This document shows, one piece after another, positions 44,270-54,179 of a stretch of DNA of 64,000 nt (position 1 is its first letter; each line of letters starts with the position of its first letter). This DNA is from Erysipelotrichaceae bacterium (GTDB lineage: Bacteria > Bacillota_I > Bacilli_A > Erysipelotrichales > Erysipelotrichaceae). The position numbers and the translations under genes were made by a program. The notes beneath the pieces are model-generated. The model was not told where the DNA came from. It searched no databases and saw only the letters and a program-made list of their open reading frames with translations. Location: assembly GCA_013334325.1 (NCBI GenBank), contig JAAXXT010000007.1, positions 7,983-71,982 on the forward strand. Reading direction: 5' to 3'.

Positions 44270-44890
44270 TTATAGTGTGAAATAAACAAAGCCACCACTG
44301 GATGTCGTGGTCTCTAGCCATAGGCTCAAATCGATGATGAGTGGTACTCCCCCATCTAAGATATGAGCCAAGACAATACTTGGATGACTAAGATCTAAGC
44401 CTGTAATCAAGACCCAATGATAGGCTTCTAGATTATGAACTTTCCCATTGTTGAGATTTAAGAAAGCAATAGGCGCATCCACACTGAGTCCAGCGACGAT
44501 GAAGTCGACGACTTGAGACAAATGAGGACGATGAGTTACTTCTTTCGGGATCTCAAATGCGTGATGTTGATGTGTTAGATTCATAGAACCAAGATACTTT
44601 GAAAAGCCATTGTAGAAACGATCTAAACGATTGATGCCTCCAAAACCTGGGGTCACATACTGCCATACTCGATTCATCGTAGCTTTGGCTTCGTCTAGTG
44701 TTTTAGCACTCTTCTTGGGATCGATTTGATAAAGGGCGATCATACTTGCTGCTGTAGGTCCACAACCGGATAAACGTTGCCATGGTTTAGAATACCATTC
44801 TTGGTTACATCCAATAAGTTCTGTACCTTCTATCTTTAGAAGATCTATGTTTTTTAATGTTAAAAGGTCGTTCATGGTTTTCCTGTTCAC
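44270..44890 (-). CDS. hypothetical protein, possible papain-like (peptidase C39-like) fold
   Basis: 206 aa. SGCGPTAASMI (candidate nucleophile Cys) and a later YHWVLITG (candidate His), in the order typical of C39-like/BtrH-like domains. By-eye call only. Confidence 0.4.
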   Translation of the reverse strand: MNRKTMNDLLTLKNIDLLKIEGTELIGCNQEWYSKPWQRLSGCGPTAASMIALYQIDPKKSAKTLDEAKATMNRVWQYVTPGFGGINRLDRFYNGFSKYLGSMNLTHQHHAFEIPKEVTHRPHLSQVVDFIVAGLSVDAPIAFLNLNNGKVHNLEAYHWVLITGLDLSHPSIVLAHILDGGVPLIIDLSLWLETTTSSGGFVYFTL

Positions 44891-44939
44891 TCGTGATACT
44901 ACAATACCATACTTCTTTCTTTTACTTAAGCGAAGTGAA

Positions 44940-46154
44940 TTAAAGAACGTCGCTAGAAAGTTGGATCTTAGGTTCTGTTACTTTACGTACGATGAACCAT
45001 AAGAGAGATATTGTCACGATCGATGAGAAGATCCCAGGAGCCCATGTCCCAATAGAAGCGACTAAGAAACCACCTAAGATAGGCGTTAAGATAGAAGTCA
45101 TACTTTCTAAAGAAGAACTTAAACCTAAGATACCTCCGATTTCTTCTCGAGAGACAGCTTTGGTCAAAGCACTACGTAAGACTGTATTTAAGATACCACT
45201 GGTTGCGGAGATCGGAATCAATACGATCATAAGTAAGATCAAATTAGGAGCCAATGCCCATAAAACATAACTGATGGCCAAGATGAGGCTTGATGCTTTC
45301 ATCAATTGAGTCTCTGTGTATTTCTTTGTAAGTTTCCCAATGAAACCAACTTGAACGATGACCACTAAGATTCCTACATAACCTAAAACCAAACCTGTTT
45401 GAGCCGCATTGAGATTCAAACGTTTTTGAGCGTATAAAGCGAAGATGGTTTGAAAGATCCCATGAGCGATAGAATAATAGACGCGTGAATGAAGTAAAGG
45501 TCCTACGACTGGTTTATCCAGTGCTTCTTTTAAGATCTTCAATGAGAACTTTGTTTTTTCACTATGACGTAGTTTTTCTCGAGTTTCAGCACTTAATGAT
45601 TCAGGCAATATTATTGTAATCAAGACAAGGTTCATAAAGCTTAAGCTTGCCGCAAATAAGGCAGGTATTTGATAGCCCCATTGGCTTAAGAAGCCTCCCA
45701 TCGCTGGTCCAAAGATAAAGCCTAATCCGAAAGCTGCGCCTATCATTCCTAAGCCTTTGGCTCTGTTTTCAGGAGTTGTCACATCTGAGATATAAGATTG
45801 AGCTACGGTAATATTTCCGCCTGTTAATCCATCAAATAAACGTGTGGCGAAGATGATGAAGATCGCTCCTGCAGGATTTAACCATAAGGTAAGCCCTAAA
45901 GTAATAAGTGCGATAAAGGTTCCCCCTACACTTAGTAATAAGATAGGCTTTCTACCGAATCGATCGGATAAACGTCCTAGTATTGGGGTCCCGAAAACTT
46001 GTCCTATAGGATAAGTCGCTAAGAGAAGTCCCACAAAGAAAGGATTCAATCCATAGTTGGCTGCGATATAAGGCATCAAAGGTAAGATCAAGCTAAAACT
46101 TAAGAGGTCTACGAAGACCACTAGGAAGACAGGTAATAAGACACTTTTTTTCAT
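44940..46154 (-). CDS. MFS transporter (drug:H+ antiporter-like, 12 spans)
   Basis: 404 aa. GRLSDRFGRKPILL motif A between TM2 and TM3. Confidence 0.85.
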   Translation of the reverse strand: MKKSVLLPVFLVVFVDLLSFSLILPLMPYIAANYGLNPFFVGLLLATYPIGQVFGTPILGRLSDRFGRKPILLLSVGGTFIALITLGLTLWLNPAGAIFIIFATRLFDGLTGGNITVAQSYISDVTTPENRAKGLGMIGAAFGLGFIFGPAMGGFLSQWGYQIPALFAASLSFMNLVLITIILPESLSAETREKLRHSEKTKFSLKILKEALDKPVVGPLLHSRVYYSIAHGIFQTIFALYAQKRLNLNAAQTGLVLGYVGILVVIVQVGFIGKLTKKYTETQLMKASSLILAISYVLWALAPNLILLMIVLIPISATSGILNTVLRSALTKAVSREEIGGILGLSSSLESMTSILTPILGGFLVASIGTWAPGIFSSIVTISLLWFIVRKVTEPKIQLSSDVL

Positions 46155-46224
46155 TAAAATTCTCCTATTTAGTTTAGTAACTTAATTATTACCATACTCT
46201 TATGAGAAACACATTGAATATGCC

Positions 46225-46251
46225 TATAAAAAAGGCTCACGAGTGAGCCTT
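46225..46251 (-). terminator. rho-independent terminator after the korB-like gene
   Basis: On the minus strand, AAGGCTCAC tc GTGAGCCTT followed by TTTTATAGG. Confidence 0.75.
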
Positions 46252-46255
46252 AGGT

Positions 46256-47101
46256 TTATTTAAACAGTTTTGCGATGTCTTTAGGATCGCGTTTTCTTTG
46301 ATAGAAAGGCGTTAGATTGCCTTGATAGAACGGATGACGTTGAGGATAAGCCTTACCTTCAACTTGATAAAGGATACCACAAGCCAGTCTTTCTTCATCT
46401 AATGCCAATTTCATCGCAGCTTCTTTGTTTGTCTTAGGATGAGCTTCATCCAACCAGAAGGTATGCGATTTATACCACGCAAAGGTATTGACCTTATTGT
46501 AGGTAACACAAGGATGGAAGATATCGATGATGGCGTATCCATTATGAAGGATAGCAGCTTTGATCAGTTCTTTTGTTTTTTCTTGATCTCCACTAAATCC
46601 TCGTGCGACGAAAGTTGCTCCCATCGCCAATGCCAAAGCCATAGGATTAATGGGTTGATTGTAGACCCCATCGAGTTGAAGAGGCGTAACTAGACCTATC
46701 GGAGAAGTAGGTGAAGCTTGACCCTTGGTCAAGCCATAGACCATATTGTTATGAACGATATGAACTAAGTGTGGATTACGACGAATGTTATGGATAAGAT
46801 GATTCCCACCTTCCCCATACATGTCCCCATCCCCACCTTCTGCGATGACAGTCAACTTTGGATTAACTGCACTGATGGCACTGGCGACTGCTAAACCACG
46901 GCCATGAAGTCCATTGAAATAACTGGCGTCGACATATTGAGGCATCTTAGCAGCTTGACCAATCCCTGAGGAGAATACCACTTGGGTAGGATCGAGTTGT
47001 AGTTCAGTCAAGGCTTTGATCAGGATGTTTCTTAAAGGAAAGTTACCACAGCCAGGGCACCACGCCATATCTATGTCGTGATTGAATTCAAAATTACTCA
47101 T
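46256..47101 (-). CDS. 2-oxoacid:ferredoxin (acceptor) oxidoreductase beta subunit, two-subunit type
   Basis: 281 aa from the ATG at 47101 (GGAGG 7 nt upstream; 8-nt overlap with the alpha stop). WCPGCGNF and GGDGD motifs. Confidence 0.9.
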   Translation of the reverse strand: MSNFEFNHDIDMAWCPGCGNFPLRNILIKALTELQLDPTQVVFSSGIGQAAKMPQYVDASYFNGLHGRGLAVASAISAVNPKLTVIAEGGDGDMYGEGGNHLIHNIRRNPHLVHIVHNNMVYGLTKGQASPTSPIGLVTPLQLDGVYNQPINPMALALAMGATFVARGFSGDQEKTKELIKAAILHNGYAIIDIFHPCVTYNKVNTFAWYKSHTFWLDEAHPKTNKEAAMKLALDEERLACGILYQVEGKAYPQRHPFYQGNLTPFYQRKRDPKDIAKLFK

Positions 47102-48779
47102 GAGTTGCCTCCATTTTAGCGATGAGCTCATCGATATGATAAGGTTCACCATTGTATTTTAAGATTCTTTGATTTACTTTGACCCCATAGGTCATTTGGA
47201 TCAGATTCGCAAATTGTCCTGTAGCATTGTTTTCAATGACTTGGATGTTTTTTGCTTTAGAGATGATGTCTTTTAATGATTCAGGTAAAGGATAGACTTG
47301 GATAAAATGCAGATGGGTAAGATCCCACTCAGGATGTGTATCTAGAGCTTCTTCGATGACTCCATAAGTCGAGCCCCAACTGAGCACTAGATTTTCATGT
47401 TTAGAAGATCCACTGATCAAAGGTTCCATGATGTCTTTTTTCATCAAATCGAATTTATGAAGACGCTTGTCTTGCATACTGACTCGCATCGTAAAGGATT
47501 CTGTAATACCACCGGCTTCATCATGTTCATCTGAGTCTACTTTAACATAACCTAAGCCATATCCAGGAACTCCACGAGGTGAGATACCGCTCTTATCAAA
47601 GGCATAGCGTTGATAATCACGTTTGGTTTCTACGACGAAGCTTTCCAGATACTTAGGATTGAAATCCAAAGCATCGACTTGGCTCATCGATTCTAACCAA
47701 TATTGATCAGATAAGACAAAGACAGGGATCTGATACTTATCGGCCATATAGAAGGCTCTACTCATGACTTCAACCCCATCTTCAAGTCTTCCTGGGGCAA
47801 AGATCATACGCGGGAATTCTCCATGACCTGCATATAAGACCAAATTAAGATCAGCTTGTTCAGTACGTGTTGGTAAACCTGTTGCTGGTCCAGGTCGCTG
47901 GGCGACATGGATCACAGCTGGTGTTTCTGTGATGCCTGATAAACTGACAGCTTCAGTCATTAACGCGAAACCACCACCAGAAGTCGTAGTCAAAGCACGT
48001 GCACCTGCATACCAAGCACCTAAAACCATATTCAAAGCTGCGATCTCATCTTCAGCTTGTTCAACCAAGATCTCAAAGTCTCTGCTTTTATCTTCAAGTA
48101 AAGTCATAAGTGTCGTTCCTGGAGACATAGGATAGGCTGCCACATAATTGACGCCTCCCGCAACGGCTCCCATACTTAAAACATCATTGCCAGTTAAAGC
48201 TTTCTTAGGGCTAAAATGAGTTGGTTTTAGTTCTTTTGGTCGATCAGGATCTTGACGACCTAAGTCATAGCCTAAGTCAAAGGCTTTTAAATTACCAGTA
48301 ACGATGTCTTCACCACGCTTATTGAAACGCTTGGTGATGATGGCTTTGGCGTTATCTATGGAAGCCCCAATCATTCCTGCGATGTAGCCAAACATAGCTG
48401 TGTTTTCGTATAAACGATTACCTGCTTGTTTACCTAAGTCTAAAAAGGCAACTTCTTTGGTTTTATACTGAGTTGGGACTGACTTTAAAAATGGGGCTTC
48501 CCCATAAATGATCGTCTGTGGGGTAAGTCTAGGCAACAAACGCTCTAACGCATGATCATTGAATAAAAACAAGACATCGATCGTATAACGTAAAGCTTGT
48601 ATAGGTTGATTTGAGACACGAATCTCGACGGAGTTATTTCCCCCTCTTACTCGGCTCATTACCTCTTTGGATGAAAACACATAGGTTTCCTGAGTTAAAG
48701 TTTCTACTAAAAATTCTTCTACGGTCTGTAAACCTTGACCTGCTTCGCCTGACAAAACAATCGAAATCGATTCTCTCAT
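47094..48779 (-). CDS. 2-oxoacid:ferredoxin (acceptor) oxidoreductase alpha subunit (gamma-alpha fusion; KorA/OorA-like)
   Basis: 561 aa. The N-terminal gamma-like domain (SGEAGQGLQT) is followed by the alpha domain (AAYPMSPGT). Confidence 0.9.
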   Translation of the reverse strand: MRESISIVLSGEAGQGLQTVEEFLVETLTQETYVFSSKEVMSRVRGGNNSVEIRVSNQPIQALRYTIDVLFLFNDHALERLLPRLTPQTIIYGEAPFLKSVPTQYKTKEVAFLDLGKQAGNRLYENTAMFGYIAGMIGASIDNAKAIITKRFNKRGEDIVTGNLKAFDLGYDLGRQDPDRPKELKPTHFSPKKALTGNDVLSMGAVAGGVNYVAAYPMSPGTTLMTLLEDKSRDFEILVEQAEDEIAALNMVLGAWYAGARALTTTSGGGFALMTEAVSLSGITETPAVIHVAQRPGPATGLPTRTEQADLNLVLYAGHGEFPRMIFAPGRLEDGVEVMSRAFYMADKYQIPVFVLSDQYWLESMSQVDALDFNPKYLESFVVETKRDYQRYAFDKSGISPRGVPGYGLGYVKVDSDEHDEAGGITESFTMRVSMQDKRLHKFDLMKKDIMEPLISGSSKHENLVLSWGSTYGVIEEALDTHPEWDLTHLHFIQVYPLPESLKDIISKAKNIQVIENNATGQFANLIQMTYGVKVNQRILKYNGEPYHIDELIAKMEATHE

Positions 48780-48897
48780 GATGCTCCTTTCGATGAATTA
48801 TGGTCATGAAGATTTTAAGGTAATGTTTACCTTAGCTCTTACTGACAGTATAACTACTTTAAGACATTCTTTTCGTTCTTTCAATTCATTTACCCAA

Positions 48898-48925
48898 CTA
48901 AAAACCTTCTTGTTTAGGGAAGGTT
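48898..48925 (-). terminator. rho-independent terminator after the SOUL-family gene
   Basis: On the minus strand, AACCTTC / 9-nt loop / GAAGGTT followed by TTTTAGTT. Confidence 0.55.
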
Positions 48926-48951
48926 CTTAGTAAGGAGAGTAATATGCATCG

Positions 48952-49461
48952 TTAAGGGAGTTTTTGAATTTCAATACTTACTTCATTGCGCTTAAGAAAT
49001 CCTGGGATAAAGGGAGGATTATATCTCGACAATTGAAGGTTTCCTAAAGGTAGTAGTTCTTTTTCGTTAAGCCAAGTTAAGAGGGCTTGTTGCTTCTCTT
49101 GAAGTTTATTACTGTTGATCGAACCAGAGAATGTTAAGGTTGCGACCAGTCTAGAAGGCACTTGTTTCAGTTTTAGATCGCTATTTCTAGGAAGAGGCAA
49201 ATCTTCTATGGCATATTGCTTTGGCATTACAAAGGCAGTGGTCATAGATTTCTCATAGATATCATTAATGACTGGAGTGGTCATGGCGATTTTCTGCGAA
49301 CCTTGATTATATCCAGTGATATAGTTAAAGATCTCTGAAAAACCACTATTCCCATCCAGATGGTTTTCTTCTGTGATCGCAAGGATCATAGGATCCATCT
49401 GACGGATCTCAAAGGATCCTTCTTTTAGTAATGTAGTATATGATGCTTGTTCAATGGCCAT
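48952..49461 (-). CDS. SOUL/HBP heme-binding-family protein
   Basis: 169 aa. N-terminal YTTLLKEGSFEIRQ and MTTPV, FVMP, LTFSG, YNPPF segments follow the SOUL family pattern. No signal peptide. Confidence 0.65.
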   Translation of the reverse strand: MAIEQASYTTLLKEGSFEIRQMDPMILAITEENHLDGNSGFSEIFNYITGYNQGSQKIAMTTPVINDIYEKSMTTAFVMPKQYAIEDLPLPRNSDLKLKQVPSRLVATLTFSGSINSNKLQEKQQALLTWLNEKELLPLGNLQLSRYNPPFIPGFLKRNEVSIEIQKLP

Positions 49462-49519
49462 AGGTTACCTGTAATTGAATCATAGTCCTATAAAGAACCA
49501 ATTACCATTTTTATGCCTA

Positions 49520-49545
49520 CAAAAAAGCGGAAGGAAATTCCGCTT
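49520..49545 (-). terminator. rho-independent terminator after the alpha-galactosidase gene
   Basis: On the minus strand, AGCGGAA / tttcc / TTCCGCT followed by TTTTTTGTAGG. Confidence 0.8.
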
Positions 49546-49549
49546 AGCT

Positions 49550-51280
49550 CTATTGAGAAATGATCTTGATTGTATAAGGTTCTAGTTGGATCTTAGCTTC
49601 AAAGCTTTGTACTTTTGAACTTAGATTAATGTAGGCTTTATAGGTTTTGCCCTCTTCACTATAGTTCACCACTACCCCATCCTTATGAGGATAAGTCACT
49701 GAGTTTATAGTTTTCTTCTTTAAGGCATAGGTAATATTCAATAAATCTTTTTGAGATTGATCATAGTCCGAAATAAGATCTGAGGTAAAAAGTAAGGAAC
49801 CAAAGATCCGATTCACATGAGCTAAGATCTCTTTTTGAGAAGTATTCATTTGGATGTTTGTGTTTCTAAGTAAGAAGACATCTGGATCATTTAAGAAGGC
49901 TCTATGATTGAGATGACGACGACCGATCGCATTGAGGATGGCATTTTTCGTTGATACCTTTTCACGATGAATTAGTTCAAAGTACCAAGGACCTTTCCAA
50001 TCTAAACTGACATCTGGTCCTATACGACAATAATCTACCAATCCAAAAGCAGATCCTAAAGGTACACCACAACCTAAGATCAATTTATCTTTAACGCAAT
50101 CTCTTATGAAATCCATGGCTTCTGCGGAACGTTGGCCTCTTGTCTTGGTTGGATGATGGCCTAAAGCTGCCGCATATAGGAAGTCCAATTTAACCAAGTC
50201 ATAGCCCCATTCATTAAGAACCACATCGAAACACGCTCTAATATAATCTTTGACTTCTTGTTTTTCTAGATCTAGACAATAGAAACCTCCCCATCCACTT
50301 CCTGCCCATTCTGGTTGACCAAGGTCATCTTTTAAGATCCAATCATAATGATCTTTGACCAATTGAGAACTTCTTTGAGCAACCAAAGGTGCCATCCATA
50401 AGCCTGCCAAAGAGCCTTGAGCCTTAATAGAGTCTGCGATAAACTTCATCCCTGAAGGAAATTTGACCTTGTCTACAGACATCCAATCACCTACAGCGGT
50501 TTGATACCCATCATCGATCTGAAAGATATCCATTTTAGGGGATAAAACAGAAGCAGCTTTGAGGTTATCTAGAACGATAGTTTCAGATATGTTTTGATAG
50601 TAGTTGTACCAACTGGTCCAACCCATACGATCAGGTTCAGTGGCTTTCTTAGTACCTAGTAGTTCAAAATAATGATCGAAGATGTTCTCTTCTTTACCAC
50701 CTTCAAACAAGATATCTAAAGAAATCGCATGATCAAGGATTTCCCCATCCACATCCTTATTGATGATGATCTTATTTTTAGGTCCTTGGATTTCAAATCT
50801 CGTAAACCCATCTTTTTCATTCAATGAACCCATAAAAGAGAAATCTTCATTCTCACGTACATACGCATAGGTGTAGCCATGAAAATAACCTCTTCCTTTA
50901 GGGGCTTGAAAGAACTCAAAGTCTCCATATTTAGAAAACTGATATTTATTATTGAAATTCATCGCAAATGAACTTAAGCGATCTTGCTTATCATTTATGG
51001 AATGTTCATGACTATCAGTCCATGATTGATATCCATTAAGAAATACGCGATCTGTTGGATTAAATGAAGTATTGAGGATCAAACCAAAACGATACAATTC
51101 TAACTTACCTTTAGGTTCTAAAGTAATCTTTAGGCGTTGAGCTTGATGATCTTGGGTTACGACCCAAGATACTTTCAAGTCATCATTCTCATGAGCTTTT
51201 ACTAAATCCAAGACTTTCGTCTCATCATTGATTCGATAAGAGAGATCTAGATGAAGCGTTTGATCAATGAGTGATTTCAT
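49550..51280 (-). CDS. alpha-galactosidase-like glycoside hydrolase (clan GH-D, GH36/GH27-like)
   Basis: 576 aa. GWTSWYNYY, FQIDDGYQ, LVKLDFLY (nucleophile region), RIGPDVS and LNDPDVFLL (acid/base region). Shorter than classical GH36 AgaA-type enzymes. Confidence 0.7.
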   Translation of the reverse strand: MKSLIDQTLHLDLSYRINDETKVLDLVKAHENDDLKVSWVVTQDHQAQRLKITLEPKGKLELYRFGLILNTSFNPTDRVFLNGYQSWTDSHEHSINDKQDRLSSFAMNFNNKYQFSKYGDFEFFQAPKGRGYFHGYTYAYVRENEDFSFMGSLNEKDGFTRFEIQGPKNKIIINKDVDGEILDHAISLDILFEGGKEENIFDHYFELLGTKKATEPDRMGWTSWYNYYQNISETIVLDNLKAASVLSPKMDIFQIDDGYQTAVGDWMSVDKVKFPSGMKFIADSIKAQGSLAGLWMAPLVAQRSSQLVKDHYDWILKDDLGQPEWAGSGWGGFYCLDLEKQEVKDYIRACFDVVLNEWGYDLVKLDFLYAAALGHHPTKTRGQRSAEAMDFIRDCVKDKLILGCGVPLGSAFGLVDYCRIGPDVSLDWKGPWYFELIHREKVSTKNAILNAIGRRHLNHRAFLNDPDVFLLRNTNIQMNTSQKEILAHVNRIFGSLLFTSDLISDYDQSQKDLLNITYALKKKTINSVTYPHKDGVVVNYSEEGKTYKAYINLSSKVQSFEAKIQLEPYTIKIISQ

Positions 51281-51281
51281 C

Positions 51282-52628
51282 TTACTTTAAACCCTCTAGG
51301 ATCTTCTTTTCATTATAGAAAAGCAAGGTAATGAGTCCTAGTAAACAGAAGACAGCCGCAAACACAGCAGTTAAACGAATACCTAATTCATTTGATCCAT
51401 TGACCTCATATAGCAGTAAGGCGCTTAAGATCAACATAGACAACATCTGACCTATCTTAGACATAAAAGTTCTTGTCCCAAAAAACATTCCTTCTCTTCT
51501 TACACCAGTTCTCTTCGCATCATATTCCGCAATATCCGCGATGACCGCATTAGGTAAGATCCCAAAGACAGCCATAGGAATAGAAGCTAAGGCAACCAAT
51601 AGATAGGCTTGAAGTGTAGTAGAGATCGGCATCATCCCCATAAATGCTCCTGCGATATATACAAACACAAACATCACGAAAGCGCCTAATAGTAAGCTTT
51701 TCTTACCTACTTTCTTAGCCAATAGATTAACAGGGACATAGAAAATAAATGATCCTACGCCTAATAGAATAAACAAGGTCCCAAACATCGTATCCGGTAA
51801 TTTTAGTAAGACCGTAATATAGTAAAGCAAGGACGATTGAAACATCGTTACTGCGACCCAATAGACCAAATCCGATAAGGCAAACACAGTGAATTCACGA
51901 TTGGAGAAAGTAGCCTTGATGGATTCCATCATCTTCATCTCTGAAGGTACAGATTCACAATAGCGTTTCTCATCGATCGCAAAGACAGGGATCAACATGA
52001 AAATCAAAGCAATTACCGATAGAATCGCAATCGCAATCCTTACCGCAACATCCGGAGTATAACCCATCCCAATGAACACATTCCATAAGGTAGGAGCTTG
52101 AGAAGCGACCGCCGCCCCTAAGAACCACGTCACTGAAATCAAGGTCGATAGATTCAATCTTTCTTGAGGTGTATGACCTAATTCAGATAATAAGGCAAAG
52201 AAAGGTGTCACATACATCGTAATGAATAAATAATACAAGGTGATGGATACGATCAAGAAGACCGCATTCCATGGACTTTCTGAATTAAAGGGAGACCAAA
52301 ACACAAGTACAGTAGATATGGCTACAGGAACCGCTGAATTTCTCATAAATGAGATACGGCGTCCTTTTTTAGATTTACTACGATCGCTTAATGTGGCGAT
52401 CCAAGGATCTGTGATCGCATCCCAGAAACGACCAAACATCGTAATGGCCCCAATGATACTGACAAAGCCAAAAAATGTGATCTGAGGGATAAAGATAGAT
52501 ATCCCAGATTCTTTCGTTGGGATATAATAGAAAATCAAATACGATCCAATCAATCCAGATAAGAGTGACCATCCGAATTGACCCAAAGCATAAGCAATCT
52601 GTTTAGACAAAGGCAGCTTTTCTTTCAT
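51282..52628 (-). CDS. glycoside-pentoside-hexuronide (GPH) family sugar:cation symporter (MelB-like)
   Basis: 448 aa, 12 spans. DAITDPWIATLSDRSKSKKGRR loop motif typical of GPH transporters. Confidence 0.85.
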   Translation of the reverse strand: MKEKLPLSKQIAYALGQFGWSLLSGLIGSYLIFYYIPTKESGISIFIPQITFFGFVSIIGAITMFGRFWDAITDPWIATLSDRSKSKKGRRISFMRNSAVPVAISTVLVFWSPFNSESPWNAVFLIVSITLYYLFITMYVTPFFALLSELGHTPQERLNLSTLISVTWFLGAAVASQAPTLWNVFIGMGYTPDVAVRIAIAILSVIALIFMLIPVFAIDEKRYCESVPSEMKMMESIKATFSNREFTVFALSDLVYWVAVTMFQSSLLYYITVLLKLPDTMFGTLFILLGVGSFIFYVPVNLLAKKVGKKSLLLGAFVMFVFVYIAGAFMGMMPISTTLQAYLLVALASIPMAVFGILPNAVIADIAEYDAKRTGVRREGMFFGTRTFMSKIGQMLSMLILSALLLYEVNGSNELGIRLTAVFAAVFCLLGLITLLFYNEKKILEGLK

Positions 52629-52638
52629 GTTTTTCTCC

Positions 52639-53307
52639 CTACCCTTTCGGGTTTCTTATATAGGTTCTCGCCATATCAATGACGATCTTTACTTGATCCA
52701 ACTTCCCTATCAATTCATCTTCATCGATGATGTCTCCTCTTAGAGTCAACTTTTGAGCCAAACTCATCAATGTATGCGTGATCGTATAATAGAAGGCTTC
52801 TAGATCAAGATCTTTTCTAATGGATCCATCCTTTACACCATCGCTTAAGGACTTCATAAATAATGATTTCGTTGAGCCTATGGTTTGGGCATAGCTCGAT
52901 AAACGACTTTGATCAATGGATTGACCAACGACGAAATTATCGAAGTATTCTAAATAACGTAGGGCTGATGGAAGCTCAAGATACAGCTGAGATGTAACAT
53001 TGAGATAACGCATGACTTGATCTAATCCGCTTCCTTTTAGTGATGTATCTTCCTTGATGACATCAAAGTAGGGATTGATTTGATTCTTCCATAAACAATT
53101 GGCTGCCGCTAAAGCCAAATCAAATTTCGTTGAGAAATAACGATAGACTGAGGCTACACCTACATCTGCTTTTTGAGCGACCATCAACATGGTTGTATTT
53201 TCTATACCTTGGGTGCTAAATAACTCTAACGCAACTAAAACAACTTCATCGATGCGTTGTTGTTTAACCCCTTCTTTAATGAGATCCTTGTCTTTGTTTG
53301 ATGTCAT
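52639..53307 (-). CDS. TetR/AcrR-family transcriptional regulator
   Basis: 222 aa. N-terminal HTH TTMLMVAQKADVGVASVYRYFSTKFDL. Confidence 0.85.
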   Translation of the reverse strand: MTSNKDKDLIKEGVKQQRIDEVVLVALELFSTQGIENTTMLMVAQKADVGVASVYRYFSTKFDLALAAANCLWKNQINPYFDVIKEDTSLKGSGLDQVMRYLNVTSQLYLELPSALRYLEYFDNFVVGQSIDQSRLSSYAQTIGSTKSLFMKSLSDGVKDGSIRKDLDLEAFYYTITHTLMSLAQKLTLRGDIIDEDELIGKLDQVKIVIDMARTYIRNPKG

Positions 53308-53316
53308 GTTTTAAAT

Positions 53317-53333
53317 TGATAGTGTGACTATCA
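53317..53333. promoter_or_regulatory. 17-bp palindrome, candidate TetR operator
   Basis: TGATAGT gtg ACTATCA has perfect 7-bp arms. It lies 10 nt upstream of the TetR ATG and downstream of an extended -10. Confidence 0.5.
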
Positions 53334-53344
53334 CTCTTAAGTTG

Positions 53345-53353
53345 ATTATAGCA
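53345..53353 (-). promoter_or_regulatory. extended -10 element (TGCTATAAT) for the TetR-GPH-GH36 operon
   Basis: The minus strand reads TGCTATAAT. Confidence 0.5.
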
Positions 53354-53414
53354 CAGTGTCTCTCGCTCTACACATTGAATTTCGCATAAAATCAGCAGAG
53401 TTAAGCTTAGTTCA

Positions 53415-53444
53415 TTGTATGAGCATGATAAATAAGCGTATAAT
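53415..53444 (+). promoter_or_regulatory. candidate sigma-A promoter of the MacB-like ABC operon
   Basis: TTGTAT (53415-53420), 18 nt, TATAAT (53439-53444). Confidence 0.45.
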
Positions 53445-53471
53445 TTTGGTGTTAAACAGGAACCAATCAAC

Positions 53472-54179
53472 ATGAACAGTATCATCGAATTCAAAGACGT
53501 TAAGAAACATTACAAAATCGGAGAAGTTACCATTGAAGCCCTTAAAGGGGTAGATTTTACAATCAAAAAAGGTGAATTCGTGGTGATCTTAGGTGCCTCT
53601 GGTGCTGGTAAATCAACCATCCTTAATCTATTAGGAGGTATGGATACAGCTTCTTATGGGGACATCATGGTTCAGGGCGAAAACATCACGAAATATAAAG
53701 ATAAGAAGTTGACACAATATCGAAGAGAAAAGATTGGCTTTGTTTTTCAGTTCTACAATTTGATTTCAAATTTAACCGCTTTAGAAAATGTAGAATTCGC
53801 TTCGGCTGTTTCGAAAAATGCATTTAGTCCAAAAGATATTTTAGCTAAAGTCGGATTGACTGATCGCGCCAATAACTTCCCTACTCAGCTTTCAGGTGGT
53901 GAGCAACAACGTGTAGCCATCGCCAGAGCCGTCGCGAAGAATCCTCTTTTACTTTTATGTGATGAGCCTACAGGTGCATTAGATGACGTGAGTGGACAAT
54001 CCATATTGAATCTATTAGATGAACTTAATCGAGACCTTCATAAGACCATCGTATTGATTACACATAATGCCCAGATCGCTCAGATGGCCAATAAAGTGAT
54101 CCATGTGCGTAATGGTTTAGTAGATGAGATCCTGATCAATGAGACAAGAAAGCAAGTCTCGGAGATTGATTGGAAATGA
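53472..54179 (+). CDS. ABC transporter ATP-binding protein (MacB/LolD-like)
   Basis: 235 aa. Walker [18 protein letters not shown], signature SGGEQQR, Walker [12 protein letters not shown]. Confidence 0.9.
   Translation: MNSIIEFKDVKKHYKIGEVTIEALKGVDFTIKKGEFVVILGASGAGKSTILNLLGGMDTASYGDIMVQGENITKYKDKKLTQYRREKIGFVFQFYNLISNLTALENVEFASAVSKNAFSPKDILAKVGLTDRANNFPTQLSGGEQQRVAIARAVAKNPLLLLCDEPTGALDDVSGQSILNLLDELNRDLHKTIVLITHNAQIAQMANKVIHVRNGLVDEILINETRKQVSEIDWK

Noticed and set aside
53276-53494. 72-aa minus-strand ORF spanning the TetR/ABC divergent region
   Set aside because: It covers both promoters and the operator palindrome and overlaps the starts of both flanking genes. It has no SD and most likely arises by chance in AT-rich DNA.
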